The notes: generated by a model from the sequence alone, not told the origin. DNA of 20,000 nucleotides from an uncultured virus (IMG/VR IMGVR_UViG_3300028832_000142) (IMGVR_UViG_3300028832_000142), one strand, 5' to 3'. Counted from the first letter of the stretch, positions 1 through 8,266 are shown. A program made the numbers and translations.

Positions 1-35
1 AGCTCTCTAGACGGTATTGTTATAGTTAAAGGCAT
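1..35 (-). CDS. 5' fragment of the second tail assembly chaperone-like gene (runs off the window)
   Basis: ATG at 35 preceded by GAAGGGAGAAAGAGA. It reads MPLTITIPSRE..., and lies directly after the first chaperone gene. Confidence 0.6.
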   Translation of the reverse strand, partial: MPLTITIPSRE

Positions 36-56
36 TCTCTTTCTCCCTTCTATGTA

Positions 57-515
57 TTAGCCATTAATCGGCGTAATATTCTCAGTCGTTGCAGGAACAA
101 CTTCATATCCCATTACATCGTTGATCGATTTTTTGTTCTTTTCAGCAGCCTCTGCTATATCTGCAGGAACAACTGCATTAATGAAATCAGACATCGATTT
201 GCTGCTGGAGATCAGTTCCATAAATAATACATCATAAGCCGGATGATTCGTAAATCTCTCACGAATCTCATCAGACTTGTTGAAGTATTCACCATCAGCA
301 GACTTCTCACCTATAGCTCCGAGAACTATACTCTCAAAAAGCTCTATAATCTTCTCACGATCATCTTCATTGATCATCTGCTTGATGGTCTCTTCGATGC
401 CAGCCTTGCTGGTAAGTTCCATCTTAGCCAGTTCAGTCCTGGTAAGATTGAAATAAAAATTCTTTGTCTTCTTGTTACCGTTATAATCGGTATAAGTTAT
501 AGCTTTTGTTAACAT
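57..515 (-). CDS. Tail assembly chaperone (152 aa)
   Basis: Start re-called to ATG 515 after AAGGAGG. The sequence MLTKAITYTDYNG..FYFNLT..GEKSADG..F.KS resembles chaperones that follow the major tail gene. Confidence 0.75.
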   Translation of the reverse strand: MLTKAITYTDYNGNKKTKNFYFNLTRTELAKMELTSKAGIEETIKQMINEDDREKIIELFESIVLGAIGEKSADGEYFNKSDEIRERFTNHPAYDVLFMELISSSKSMSDFINAVVPADIAEAAEKNKKSINDVMGYEVVPATTENITPING

Positions 516-533
516 TTTCTTTTCCTCCTTCTG

Positions 534-601
534 AAAAATATAACGGGAAGACTTAAGAGCCCCAGAAGGAGTCAACATAACTCTTAAATCTCCCCGCTAT
601 A
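534..601 (-). terminator. Long intergenic hairpin (21-bp stem, 21-nt loop) followed by UUUUU
   Basis: Arms 539-559 and 581-601 pair fully on the minus-strand RNA with three G-U wobbles. A T5 tract follows at 538-534. Confidence 0.7.
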
Positions 602-618
602 AACATTTGTTATACTAC

Positions 619-643
619 CATTTTGATGAAATGATCATCAGCC
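619..643 (-). repeat. 25-bp perfect repeat, copy 1 (GGCTGATGATCATTTCATCAAAATG), spanning the major tail stop codon
   Basis: Identical to 2321-2345. Confidence 0.95.
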
Positions 644-1657
644 GCCAGTACTAGGTCTGAGAGTACTGATTACTTCATCAGGCAGAGGCAGATATGCATC
701 AGTACCTGAAGCGGTGGACTTCACATAGTAAGTCTTGCTTGCAGATGCAGTACCTGCAACAATCTCAGTATCAGCGCTAAGAGTGTAAACATAAGCGCCT
801 TCTTCGCCAGAACGCTCATACCAGCCGCCATCAGCATTGCTGTGAGGATTATCACCCTCAGTTCTGGTGTAGTAAGTCTTCTCAGAAACAACACTCTCGT
901 CGCTAGTAGTGGTGTATACGTAAGGAGACTCAGTGGTGCCTTCGCCAGATCTCTCATACCAAGCAGGAGTCTGCTCCGAAGGATTAACTGATCCGGGATC
1001 TGAAACCTCGGTGTATACAGTAGCGATCGGGTTCAGCTTAGCTGTATAGCTAACAACTGCATCAGTACCGTAAAGCTTATTCTCAAGAGCCTTAAGCTTA
1101 TCAGAATTAACCTTAGTACTATCAATTGTGATGATGCTGGTAGGCTTGTAATCGCCGGATACTGCAACAGGCACAGACTTGAGTTCCCAAGAGAACTCAA
1201 TAGCCTCAGGGCTATCGTTAACAGTGCTGTAACCTCTCTCTGAAGGAGAAGCAGTAAGACCGTATACAAGATGCAGCAGATAACCATGATCATTACCATC
1301 TACATCGTTACCAAGAATGGTACGAATAGCAAGACCAAATGATCTTCTTGCCTGCTGATAGATCTTTACACCGTCAAGAGGAGCTGCAGAACCATCCAGA
1401 ACTGCAAACTCATCAGGATAGGTATAAGCTGTAATTGTAGCACCAAATTCCTCTGCAGATCTCAGAGAAAGGTACTTGATATTATCTGCATAAAGTGCAG
1501 TCTCGTCAGCACCAGAAGGTGACTCGGTCCATCCGGTAACACCATTCCAAGCATAACCCTTAGGATATGCAGTACCAACAGCGGGGTAAACTACGCAATG
1601 GTCAGTACCTGTTTCATACAGGTGCTTACCGGTCTCGTCCCAACCCAATTTAGCCAT
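638..1657 (-). CDS. Major tail (tube) protein with an internal repeat-domain insert (339 aa)
   Basis: ATG 1657 after AAGGAGG. Motifs L.WD.TG...YETG.D, AWNGVTG.TESPSGA, YADNIKYL.LRSAEEF.ATI.AYTYP and LPLPDEV, plus synteny. Confidence 0.9.
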   Translation of the reverse strand: MAKLGWDETGKHLYETGTDHCVVYPAVGTAYPKGYAWNGVTGWTESPSGADETALYADNIKYLSLRSAEEFGATITAYTYPDEFAVLDGSAAPLDGVKIYQQARRSFGLAIRTILGNDVDGNDHGYLLHLVYGLTASPSERGYSTVNDSPEAIEFSWELKSVPVAVSGDYKPTSIITIDSTKVNSDKLKALENKLYGTDAVVSYTAKLNPIATVYTEVSDPGSVNPSEQTPAWYERSGEGTTESPYVYTTTSDESVVSEKTYYTRTEGDNPHSNADGGWYERSGEEGAYVYTLSADTEIVAGTASASKTYYVKSTASGTDAYLPLPDEVISTLRPSTGG

Positions 1658-1670
1658 TTCTTTTTCCTCC

Positions 1671-1985
1671 TTAAAAATACATAGTGAAAACATCATGATG
1701 TAAATTGTCAGCAACATAATGTCGATCATGGGTAACAGTTATAGTATCCATGAGCTTATCTGGCAAGTCATCATCTGCGTCTTCATAAATCAATGTTAAC
1801 TCGTAACGTTTATGTCTAAGATAGGGAATATTGTCTGCGTACATAGCGTCTATATGAGATCTACTATACCGTATACAAGGGTAATGCATCATGACAGACG
1901 TCGGCGGCTCAAAATAGGTATTATTATTGCCTAAAATATCACGCAAAATTGCATCTAATTCAAGCCTGCGGTCCAGTGCTGCCAT
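1671..1985 (-). CDS. Tail terminator / tail completion protein (104 aa)
   Basis: ATG 1985 after AGGAGGT. Motifs YFEPP..M.YPCI.Y and YVADNLHHDVF. Lies directly before the major tail gene. Confidence 0.8.
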   Translation of the reverse strand: MAALDRRLELDAILRDILGNNNTYFEPPTSVMMHYPCIRYSRSHIDAMYADNIPYLRHKRYELTLIYEDADDDLPDKLMDTITVTHDRHYVADNLHHDVFTMYF

Positions 1986-2298
1986 TGTACTCACCTCCTA
2001 TCTGTAAGACTAATTCAGGACGATCGACCGTTACGGATTCGACCTTCCATTTTATACCATTCCATACAACGTATCGAATGTTTTGAAAGTTTTGATAGGC
2101 AAAAGCATCAGCAAGTATACGAATCTCGTTATTAATGCGAATATTATCATTAACTTTGGCATCACTTTGAAGTCTACGAGAAACTTTTATAACATTTCCC
2201 CGATATTTTTTCTCAGTAATAACTTCTTTCCATTTACCAGGGACGACTTCTGTAAGTATTGCATAGCCTACAGAATCATAAAACTTTGTGGTTGTCAT
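1960..2298 (-). CDS. Head closure / head-to-tail stopper protein (112 aa)
   Basis: Beta-rich ORF directly after the capsid gene, with KFY..VGY, ADAFAYQNF..IRYV.W.G.KWKV..V and RP.L.L..GG.YNG. Confidence 0.8.
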   Translation of the reverse strand: MTTTKFYDSVGYAILTEVVPGKWKEVITEKKYRGNVIKVSRRLQSDAKVNDNIRINNEIRILADAFAYQNFQNIRYVVWNGIKWKVESVTVDRPELVLQIGGEYNGSTGPQA

Positions 2299-2320
2299 GC
2301 TTTTACCTACCTTTCACTCT

Positions 2321-2345
2321 CATTTTGATGAAATGATCATCAGCC
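2321..2345 (-). repeat. 25-bp perfect repeat, copy 2, spanning the major capsid stop codon
   Basis: Identical to 619-643. Confidence 0.95.
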
Positions 2346-4295
2346 TGCCTCTTCGGGCATCTCGATCTCGATAACGATAGCTGCCTTAGGACGAACCAGA
2401 GCACCAGACATACGAGTCTCTATCAGATACTTATGCTGGTTTACATCGATATCGAAATCTTCGAAGGTGTTAACTTCACCGCCACGATCGGTACCTACGT
2501 TGTAGTCAACGGGGTTAACGATGATAGCTGCGATGCCGTAAGTCTTGGTTACGGTCTGGCCTTCGATGGTCTCTGTAACAGTCTCGGTAAGACCTTCCAT
2601 TACAGGAACTTCAACGATCTCGCTTACGCGGCACTTGGTAGCCAGCTCGTTGTCAGTCTTGTACAGGCTGTAGCCGTTACCATCTTCAAGGAGCAGCATC
2701 TCAGTATGCTCATCAGCTGTGGTGAACATCTTAGGATTGCCGGTACCCTTATACTGCTTACGAGCCTTAATAGCAGCACGAATGATCCTCTTTGCACGAG
2801 CAGCTTCAGTCTCGCTCTGAACGAGAGGCAGACGTACATGGATAGTATAAAGCTCATCATCCTTCCAGATAGGGCAGATATTGGTCTCTTTGATCTTATC
2901 ATCAGATGCCGGATTACGACCATCACCTACCAGAACCGCACGAGCAACTTCCTCCTGCAGCATGAAACGCATTTCCTCACGGATCCAACCTACAACGTCA
3001 AAATCAGTAATATCTACGATATCATCGCGATCAAGCTTCTGTTTCTTGTAGATAGTCTGAGGACCAAACGATCTCTTAAGCAGCGTGAATACTTCCTCGA
3101 TCTTCTGCTTACCCTTCATGTAACCTCTAGCACGAGCTTCATCTTCGGTGATGTCAGCAAACATCATCTTAACACGTGCAAAAGGAGTGTGATGGATAGA
3201 TCCCATCAGGTGAGATACCCAATCCATGTCTCTCTTGATAAACTCAGGAGCACCATTGTTAAGAGCCTTGGGCTCCGGGAACAGCCAATCAATATTGGCA
3301 ATACCGTAAGTCTGCTCAGTTCCATCAGCATTATGAGGGTAATTGGGAGTAGGTATAATAGCATGAGCTATAACACCATTCTCATCCTCCATGTGATGCT
3401 TAATGGATTCCTTAAGTGTACCAAACTTCTTCATGTCCTTAAGAATCTGCTTTCTGTCTTCCAGAGTCAGAACAGGACCGTTACTGGTATAACCGTCAGC
3501 GTCATAAACGTTGTGTTTCATTTCTTCATCCTCCTCTTTGTTATCTTCGCCTTCATTTGAAGCGATTACTTCTGCCAGCATCGCGTGAAGCAACGCAAGC
3601 TGATCTTCATCTAAACTATCATATATTTCCTGGGCAGAACGACCTTCTGAGTCAGCTGAGTGTTCTACTGAATCTCCTTCAGCATCTTCTCCATCTTCGG
3701 AATCATCTTCATCAGACTCTTCATCTTCATCAGACTCTTCGTCTTCGTCGTTATCATCTTCTTCGTCCTCATCGTACTCTTCGTCTTCGTCGTTATCATC
3801 TTCTTCGATATCAATAGCATCGTCAAGACCATGATAAAGAATAGCTTCGTCAAGATCAAGTTCAGCTATCTCATCCGGATCTGTATAGCCCAGAGAATGA
3901 GCTATAGAAATCGTATCGATAAGGGCACCAGGATTTGCACCAGCAAGAACCAGAGATACTTCTCTGATCACGCCATGCATAACATTTTTGCCTTTCTTAT
4001 TCAGATTATTAGCATAGATGGACAATGCTGTAAGATCATTATTAGCAAGTATTTCACGAGCTCTCTGACCTTCCGGAGTATTGTTCAGTTTGCAATGTGC
4101 ATAAATATGATCACCACGATCTTCGAGGATAGCATGACCAAGCACATTACTTAAACTTCCATGCTGGTGATTCCAAACAAGAGGCACTTTAGCGCCGTCA
4201 CATTCAGTAAAAGCACCTTTGTTGATAGTTAAACCATCAGCACAACGGATACCATACTTAGTAGCGACACCACCAAAATCGTACTTTGCTCCCAT
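2340..4295 (-). CDS. Prohead protease - acidic linker - HK97-fold major capsid protein fusion (651 aa)
   Basis: N-terminal HK97-type protease motifs (VPLVWNHQH, LSIYAN, IREVSLVLAGANPGA), a D/E-rich linker and a capsid-like C-terminus (EEVARAVLVGDG, YLIETRMSGAL). Follows the portal gene. Confidence 0.92.
   Translation of the reverse strand: MGAKYDFGGVATKYGIRCADGLTINKGAFTECDGAKVPLVWNHQHGSLSNVLGHAILEDRGDHIYAHCKLNNTPEGQRAREILANNDLTALSIYANNLNKKGKNVMHGVIREVSLVLAGANPGALIDTISIAHSLGYTDPDEIAELDLDEAILYHGLDDAIDIEEDDNDEDEEYDEDEEDDNDEDEESDEDEESDEDDSEDGEDAEGDSVEHSADSEGRSAQEIYDSLDEDQLALLHAMLAEVIASNEGEDNKEEDEEMKHNVYDADGYTSNGPVLTLEDRKQILKDMKKFGTLKESIKHHMEDENGVIAHAIIPTPNYPHNADGTEQTYGIANIDWLFPEPKALNNGAPEFIKRDMDWVSHLMGSIHHTPFARVKMMFADITEDEARARGYMKGKQKIEEVFTLLKRSFGPQTIYKKQKLDRDDIVDITDFDVVGWIREEMRFMLQEEVARAVLVGDGRNPASDDKIKETNICPIWKDDELYTIHVRLPLVQSETEAARAKRIIRAAIKARKQYKGTGNPKMFTTADEHTEMLLLEDGNGYSLYKTDNELATKCRVSEIVEVPVMEGLTETVTETIEGQTVTKTYGIAAIIVNPVDYNVGTDRGGEVNTFEDFDIDVNQHKYLIETRMSGALVRPKAAIVIEIEMPEEAG
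3703..3807. repeat. Tandem coding repeats in the acidic linker
   Basis: 18-bp TCATCTTCATCAGACTCT twice (3703-3738). A 32-bp exact repeat at 3734-3765 and 3776-3807 (42-bp period). Confidence 0.9.
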
Positions 4296-4304
4296 TTTGA
4301 TGAA
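4293..4304 (-). promoter_or_regulatory. TTCATCAAAATG box between the SD and including the capsid-fusion start codon
   Basis: Minus strand reads AGAAAGGAGA-TTCATCAAAATG. Confidence 0.6.
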
Positions 4305-4313
4305 TCTCCTTTC

Positions 4314-5639
4314 TTACTGGATTCCTAATAATTGTTTAGCTACCGCTTCACCTATTTGCAACTTATCAGGTACCTGTTCTTCATATTCTGGAGTATTACC
4401 AGTACCTCCATCTTCTGAAACAACAGGGAATGTTTCACCTTCCTGAGCATTTAAGTTGTTGTTACGCAATTCATTTGCTTTTGGATCATCTACCGGCTTG
4501 TATCCTATAATAGATCTGATTTCATTAGCAGAAAGAACTGCATTACGACTAAGCTTATCAGCCAGTTCAGCGACCTGACTAGCAGGAACAAGTTTAAACG
4601 GTTGCTGGATGTACATTATTGCCTGTTTCTGTGTTATAGCCGTGGAAGTAAGGAATTTACGAGTAAACTCGTCAGCTATAGCTGAAAGCACCGGCTCTAA
4701 TGTGTTGTTTCTATAGTTAAGCATCTCCTGTTCTGTTGCCGTACCATCTAAGATGGCTTTGGAGACACCTAGCTGACTGTAAAGAATGTCCATAAGGTAT
4801 TCCACTGTTTTAAGAAGATTGTTTTCCAATGATCTATTAAGCTGAATTACCTTTTCTGTTCCGTCGGTGTATGCAACACCGTATTTTGAACCAGCTAACT
4901 GTTGTTCTATATCTTTTCTTCTCTCTTCAGCCTGCTGTTTATGTTTTTCAGAACGAATCACATAAGGAAGCTGAACAATGAGGTCTAGTTTAGAATCAGC
5001 TGCTTGTTCGTCTATGGACTCCATAAGTGACATCTTCCTAATAATCTGCTTAGCTACTGAATTTCGATCATTCATGACAGCGTAGAATGGATTTTCAATT
5101 ATAGCTACAGCTCTTTTAGGATAAACTACTTCTCGTTTACGACCGCTATCGTCGTCATAAATTTCAACTCTAACATGTTGAGGAAACCATTGTTTTATAC
5201 GAGCAGTACGCAACTCATAAATTTTAAAAGCATCATTATAACGAATATCAACATCGGTATATGTAGGAACAACCGCGACAACACCTTCATCAAACATAGA
5301 CATAACAAGATCCTGCATAAAAGCGCGACCAGTTTGATCTATATTAGCAGTCATATTAAGACATTTGTTCAATGAAGTATATAATGTGTCAACATATTGA
5401 TCATTATCGTTCTTCTTCGCATGCATCAATCTGACGCCAGCAACATCTATCGCTATACGCTCATAAATAGCGGTAACGAGAGTTCGGTCAGTGCCAGAAA
5501 TCGGTCTAAACTTATCCGAACGATATGAATACGATGGACCGTAGTCCAACTTATATGTCGCGGGTGAATAATCATATGTTGGATCCTGTCCTTTAAAGAC
5601 ACTCCAAGCTTTTTTAACCCTATCAACTATAGATGGCAT
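4314..5639 (-). CDS. Portal protein (HK97-family-like, 441 aa)
   Basis: Size, position upstream of protease-capsid, and motifs IYERIAIDVA, ANIDQTGRAF, NPFYAVMN, KLDLIVQLPY, S.NEIR.IIG..P. Confidence 0.92.
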   Translation of the reverse strand: MPSIVDRVKKAWSVFKGQDPTYDYSPATYKLDYGPSYSYRSDKFRPISGTDRTLVTAIYERIAIDVAGVRLMHAKKNDNDQYVDTLYTSLNKCLNMTANIDQTGRAFMQDLVMSMFDEGVVAVVPTYTDVDIRYNDAFKIYELRTARIKQWFPQHVRVEIYDDDSGRKREVVYPKRAVAIIENPFYAVMNDRNSVAKQIIRKMSLMESIDEQAADSKLDLIVQLPYVIRSEKHKQQAEERRKDIEQQLAGSKYGVAYTDGTEKVIQLNRSLENNLLKTVEYLMDILYSQLGVSKAILDGTATEQEMLNYRNNTLEPVLSAIADEFTRKFLTSTAITQKQAIMYIQQPFKLVPASQVAELADKLSRNAVLSANEIRSIIGYKPVDDPKANELRNNNLNAQEGETFPVVSEDGGTGNTPEYEEQVPDKLQIGEAVAKQLLGIQ

Positions 5640-5648
5640 CGGCCTCTC

Positions 5649-5719
5649 CTCTCATTTTGATGAAACTGCTACAAACGAAACAATACTGTCGAGATTATGC
5701 ATCGTTTTGTATAAGTTTC
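5649..5719 (-). promoter_or_regulatory. TTTCATCAAAATGAGAG box abutting the portal SD, overlapping an imperfect hairpin
   Basis: Box core at 5653-5665. Inverted arms 5662-5678 and 5702-5719. Confidence 0.55.
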
Positions 5720-5730
5720 GTATTAAACAG

Positions 5731-6285
5731 TTAACGGCCACCTCTGCGATAAGCACGTTCTGCTTTACGAGCCTCGTGAAGCTTTTTATTACGTCTCTTT
5801 TCTTCTTTACGAGCTGCTGACTTTGCTACTACAGATGCAGCAGTTTTAAATCCAGTCTGTTCTTTAGATTTTTTAACAATGTCAGACATAGAACTACCTT
5901 TAACAGGTTTTCTTCCAGATTCTTTTCGCTCTTTTAAAACATTATTTGCTATATTTGCGGTGTTGTTTTCATAATATGTACCATGTCCACTTGGTACATG
6001 CCTGCTACGATCATTCTCAGCTGTTTCATTGTTAGAAATTCTTCTAAGCTGGCTATTACTCAATTTATCAAGTTTACGAGCCATTTTAGCATCAAGTCTA
6101 TTTAATATATCGCTTTCTTTAGACTCCATATAACCAGCTCCGAGTCTTCTAGGACTATCCGGACGTTGCATGAATTTAAGTCCAGCTTTTCTTTTATGCC
6201 ATTTCATTCCGGGAATACCATAATGCATAAGGCTATTCTGATGATCATGAAAAGCAGCCGAATACTCTTTAAAATCTGTACTCAT
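5731..6285 (-). CDS. HYG-x-x-GM-x-W leader protein (DUF7211-like), basic C-terminus, putative virion/internal protein
   Basis: N-terminus DFKEYSAAFHDHQNSLMHYGIPGMKW, SD AAGGAG, ATGA overlap with the upstream gene. Confidence 0.75.
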   Translation of the reverse strand: MSTDFKEYSAAFHDHQNSLMHYGIPGMKWHKRKAGLKFMQRPDSPRRLGAGYMESKESDILNRLDAKMARKLDKLSNSQLRRISNNETAENDRSRHVPSGHGTYYENNTANIANNVLKERKESGRKPVKGSSMSDIVKKSKEQTGFKTAASVVAKSAARKEEKRRNKKLHEARKAERAYRRGGR

Positions 6286-6686
6286 GCTTTACTCCTTTCT
6301 GCGTAAGTACCTCTCTTATACTTACCGCGTCTTTTCTTCTTTTTAGCAAGAAGCTCTTCTTTCGTGGGTTCTCCCTTCGGAGCAATTTTCTTGCCTGACA
6401 ACTTAGCGTTTTTGAGAGAGCCAGTTATCTCGCTATGTTTCTTGGGAACAGCGTCATAAATAGCCTTAGCTAACTGCACGCCAAGCTGTCCCCTACCAGC
6501 TGAGTAAGCAATATCAGATGCTGCCCTTTCTTTAGCCAGTCTATCTTCTTTTTTCTTCTGCTCTTCAGTCTTCTGGCCATTCTTTTTCCTCTTGCTAGGA
6601 TCCCATTTCATACCGGGGACACCATAATGCATAAGATCATTCTGGTGATCGTGGAAGGCAGCCGAATATTCTCTGAAATCATTCAT
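6282..6686 (-). CDS. HYG-x-x-GM-x-W leader protein (DUF7211-like), Lys-rich
   Basis: N-terminus DFREYSAAFHDHQNDLMHYGVPGMKW, SD AGGAGGT. Confidence 0.75.
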   Translation of the reverse strand: MNDFREYSAAFHDHQNDLMHYGVPGMKWDPSKRKKNGQKTEEQKKKEDRLAKERAASDIAYSAGRGQLGVQLAKAIYDAVPKKHSEITGSLKNAKLSGKKIAPKGEPTKEELLAKKKKRRGKYKRGTYAERSKA

Positions 6687-6691
6687 TGTAA

Positions 6692-7123
6692 CTACCTCCT
6701 CTTTTTCTTTCTAAACTTTTTAAACGTGTTTTCGATTTTTCCAAGAATCGAATCATTGTATAATTTTTTAACATAATTAGCGTCACTAATTGCAGAAACT
6801 CTATCTTTCTTATATTTAGTTGCTAAATCATTGTAATAGTCTTTTTCTGTTCCACGTTTACGATTGCCATAAACATCTTCATAATGAACTTCTGTCTTTT
6901 TATTAAGATAGGGACTATTAGCTGTTTTTCTAGCTTCTATTTCATTTTTAGCAGCGCTTAATCCACCTCTTCGTATTAAAGATTCTTCTTTCTTAAGACC
7001 TATACCAGTTATTTCCTGAAGACGGCGTTTATAATGGTGCCATTTCATACCCTTTACACCGTAATGCATGAGTTCGTTCTGGTGATCATAAAAAGCGGCA
7101 GAATATTCTTTGAAATCAGTCAT
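6692..7123 (-). CDS. HYG-x-x-GM-x-W leader protein (DUF7211-like), basic (143 aa)
   Basis: Start re-called to ATG 7123 after GGAGGT. N-terminus DFKEYSAAFYDHQNELMHYGVKGMKW. Confidence 0.75.
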   Translation of the reverse strand: MTDFKEYSAAFYDHQNELMHYGVKGMKWHHYKRRLQEITGIGLKKEESLIRRGGLSAAKNEIEARKTANSPYLNKKTEVHYEDVYGNRKRGTEKDYYNDLATKYKKDRVSAISDANYVKKLYNDSILGKIENTFKKFRKKKRR

Positions 7124-7124
7124 A

Positions 7125-7439
7125 TTAAATACCTCCATTTGGAGCGGATACAGGTAATTTTTTTACCTGGTCCATAAGTTTCTCGGCTGTGCCATTTCCT
7201 CCCATTCCTCTGTAAGGAACATACAAATAATTATACAAATCCTCATAATCACTTGTAGAAATCCAGCCTTGTTCTAAGTAGTGTTCGCAAAGATACTTTA
7301 TACGATCATGACCTAATCCCAAAAGCATTTGAAACTTTGCGTCTTTCTTCTCACTAATCTTCTGCATTAGTGACCAGAATCCGTTACTAGCAAAAACTGC
7401 ACAAATGACTGTCACTGCTAGTTCAATCCAATGTTGCAT
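7125..7439 (-). CDS. Holin-like membrane protein (104 aa)
   Basis: N-terminal hydrophobic helix followed by HDRI...LY.PY..MGGNG, a pattern common in lysis-cassette small proteins. Adjacent to the holin. Confidence 0.6.
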   Translation of the reverse strand: MQHWIELAVTVICAVFASNGFWSLMQKISEKKDAKFQMLLGLGHDRIKYLCEHYLEQGWISTSDYEDLYNYLYVPYRGMGGNGTAEKLMDQVKKLPVSAPNGGI

Positions 7440-7452
7440 CGTAGTGTCCTCC

Positions 7453-7788
7453 TCACATCACCTTAAGATTGATAATGCCTTTCTCTTTCATTTTGATGAT
7501 TCTGTCTCGATCGACATCACCATCAAGTTTAAGACCTAAAAGAGCAGAGCCACTATCAGCTTCAGTGTCCACTACAACCGATCCTTCAGTTGTAACTTCG
7601 GGAAGACCTGTCGCAAAACTTGTAAGTATGGAAATTATGCCGGCTACGATTGAGATTGATATGAGCTGGACCCAATCAACATCTTTTATAGCCATTCCTA
7701 CCGTTAGCATCGATAACGCAGTCTGAGCCATTGTTCTTAAAGCTCTTATCAAAGCTGCCACGAGCCAATCTTTACCTGTTCGTTTCAT
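7453..7788 (-). CDS. Holin, phage r1t-type, with a C-terminal extension (111 aa)
   Basis: W..AALIRALRT.AQTA...VDW...S...AG..S.LTS...GLPEV with two hydrophobic segments. ATG 7788 after GGAGGT. Confidence 0.8.
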   Translation of the reverse strand: MKRTGKDWLVAALIRALRTMAQTALSMLTVGMAIKDVDWVQLISISIVAGIISILTSFATGLPEVTTEGSVVVDTEADSGSALLGLKLDGDVDRDRIIKMKEKGIINLKVM

Positions 7789-7801
7789 ACAGATCACCTC
7801 C

Positions 7802-8266
7802 TTATCTCTTTATTTTAGAGCCTATATAGTAACCTGCCGGTATTGTAGCCCACAAAGGCAATATTACAGGGACTAAAACACCAGCAACTGCACCAACTGT
7901 AGCACCGGTTTTAGCGTTGTTAAACTGAGCATATGTTAAAGGTTTTTTACCATACTCCTTAAGATACTTAGCGGAGAAACGTTTAGCTCGCTTAGCGGAA
8001 GCTACTATCTCACGTTCAGTTCTTGTATGACTCATACGAGAGTATTCCTTACGAAGATCGGCAGAGGTGCTTAACACTCTGTTGAGTATACGATTATCGT
8101 AACTCATTACTTTGTCGGTGGCTTCTGAAGCTAATTCTTTAAGAGATTTTCGCTTCTTACCCTCCGGAGTCAGAGTACCATCTGGATTTTGATACCGTCT
8201 CACACCCCAGTGCATTCCCCTTACCCCATAGTGGTAAAGTTGTGAATAATTATTAACACCACTCAT
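7802..8266 (-). CDS. HYG-x-x-GM-x-W protein with C-terminal hydrophobic Gly/Ala segment
   Basis: LYHYGVRGMHWGVRRYQNPDGTLT, C-terminal GATVGAVAGVLVPVILPLWATIPAG, TGATG overlap with the upstream gene (GTG at 8269 is an alternative start). Confidence 0.75.
   Translation of the reverse strand: MSGVNNYSQLYHYGVRGMHWGVRRYQNPDGTLTPEGKKRKSLKELASEATDKVMSYDNRILNRVLSTSADLRKEYSRMSHTRTEREIVASAKRAKRFSAKYLKEYGKKPLTYAQFNNAKTGATVGAVAGVLVPVILPLWATIPAGYYIGSKIKR

Noticed and set aside
36..120. Programmed -1 frameshift between the tail chaperone genes
   Set aside because: No convincing slippery heptamer was seen near the stop, and the next gene has its own SD and ATG at 35.
619..640. Stop-codon readthrough or recoding at the shared GGC-TGA ends of the capsid and tail genes
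   Set aside because: A second in-frame TGA follows immediately, and TAA, TAG and TGA all act as normal stops elsewhere in the window.
619..2345. 25-bp repeats as att sites, CRISPR repeats or transposon ends
   Set aside because: There are only two full copies, 1.7 kb apart, flanking essential structural genes. There are no spacers, integrase, transposase or cas genes in the window.
2433..3560. 375-aa plus-strand ORF antisense to the capsid gene
   Set aside because: It lies wholly opposite a clear capsid gene, with no SD and no recognisable motifs. It is best explained as a codon-bias shadow of a highly expressed gene.
7489..7499. Partial TCATCAAAATG box inside the holin gene
   Set aside because: It is a shorter match within coding sequence (IIKM) and may be chance, so it was not counted as a regulatory copy.
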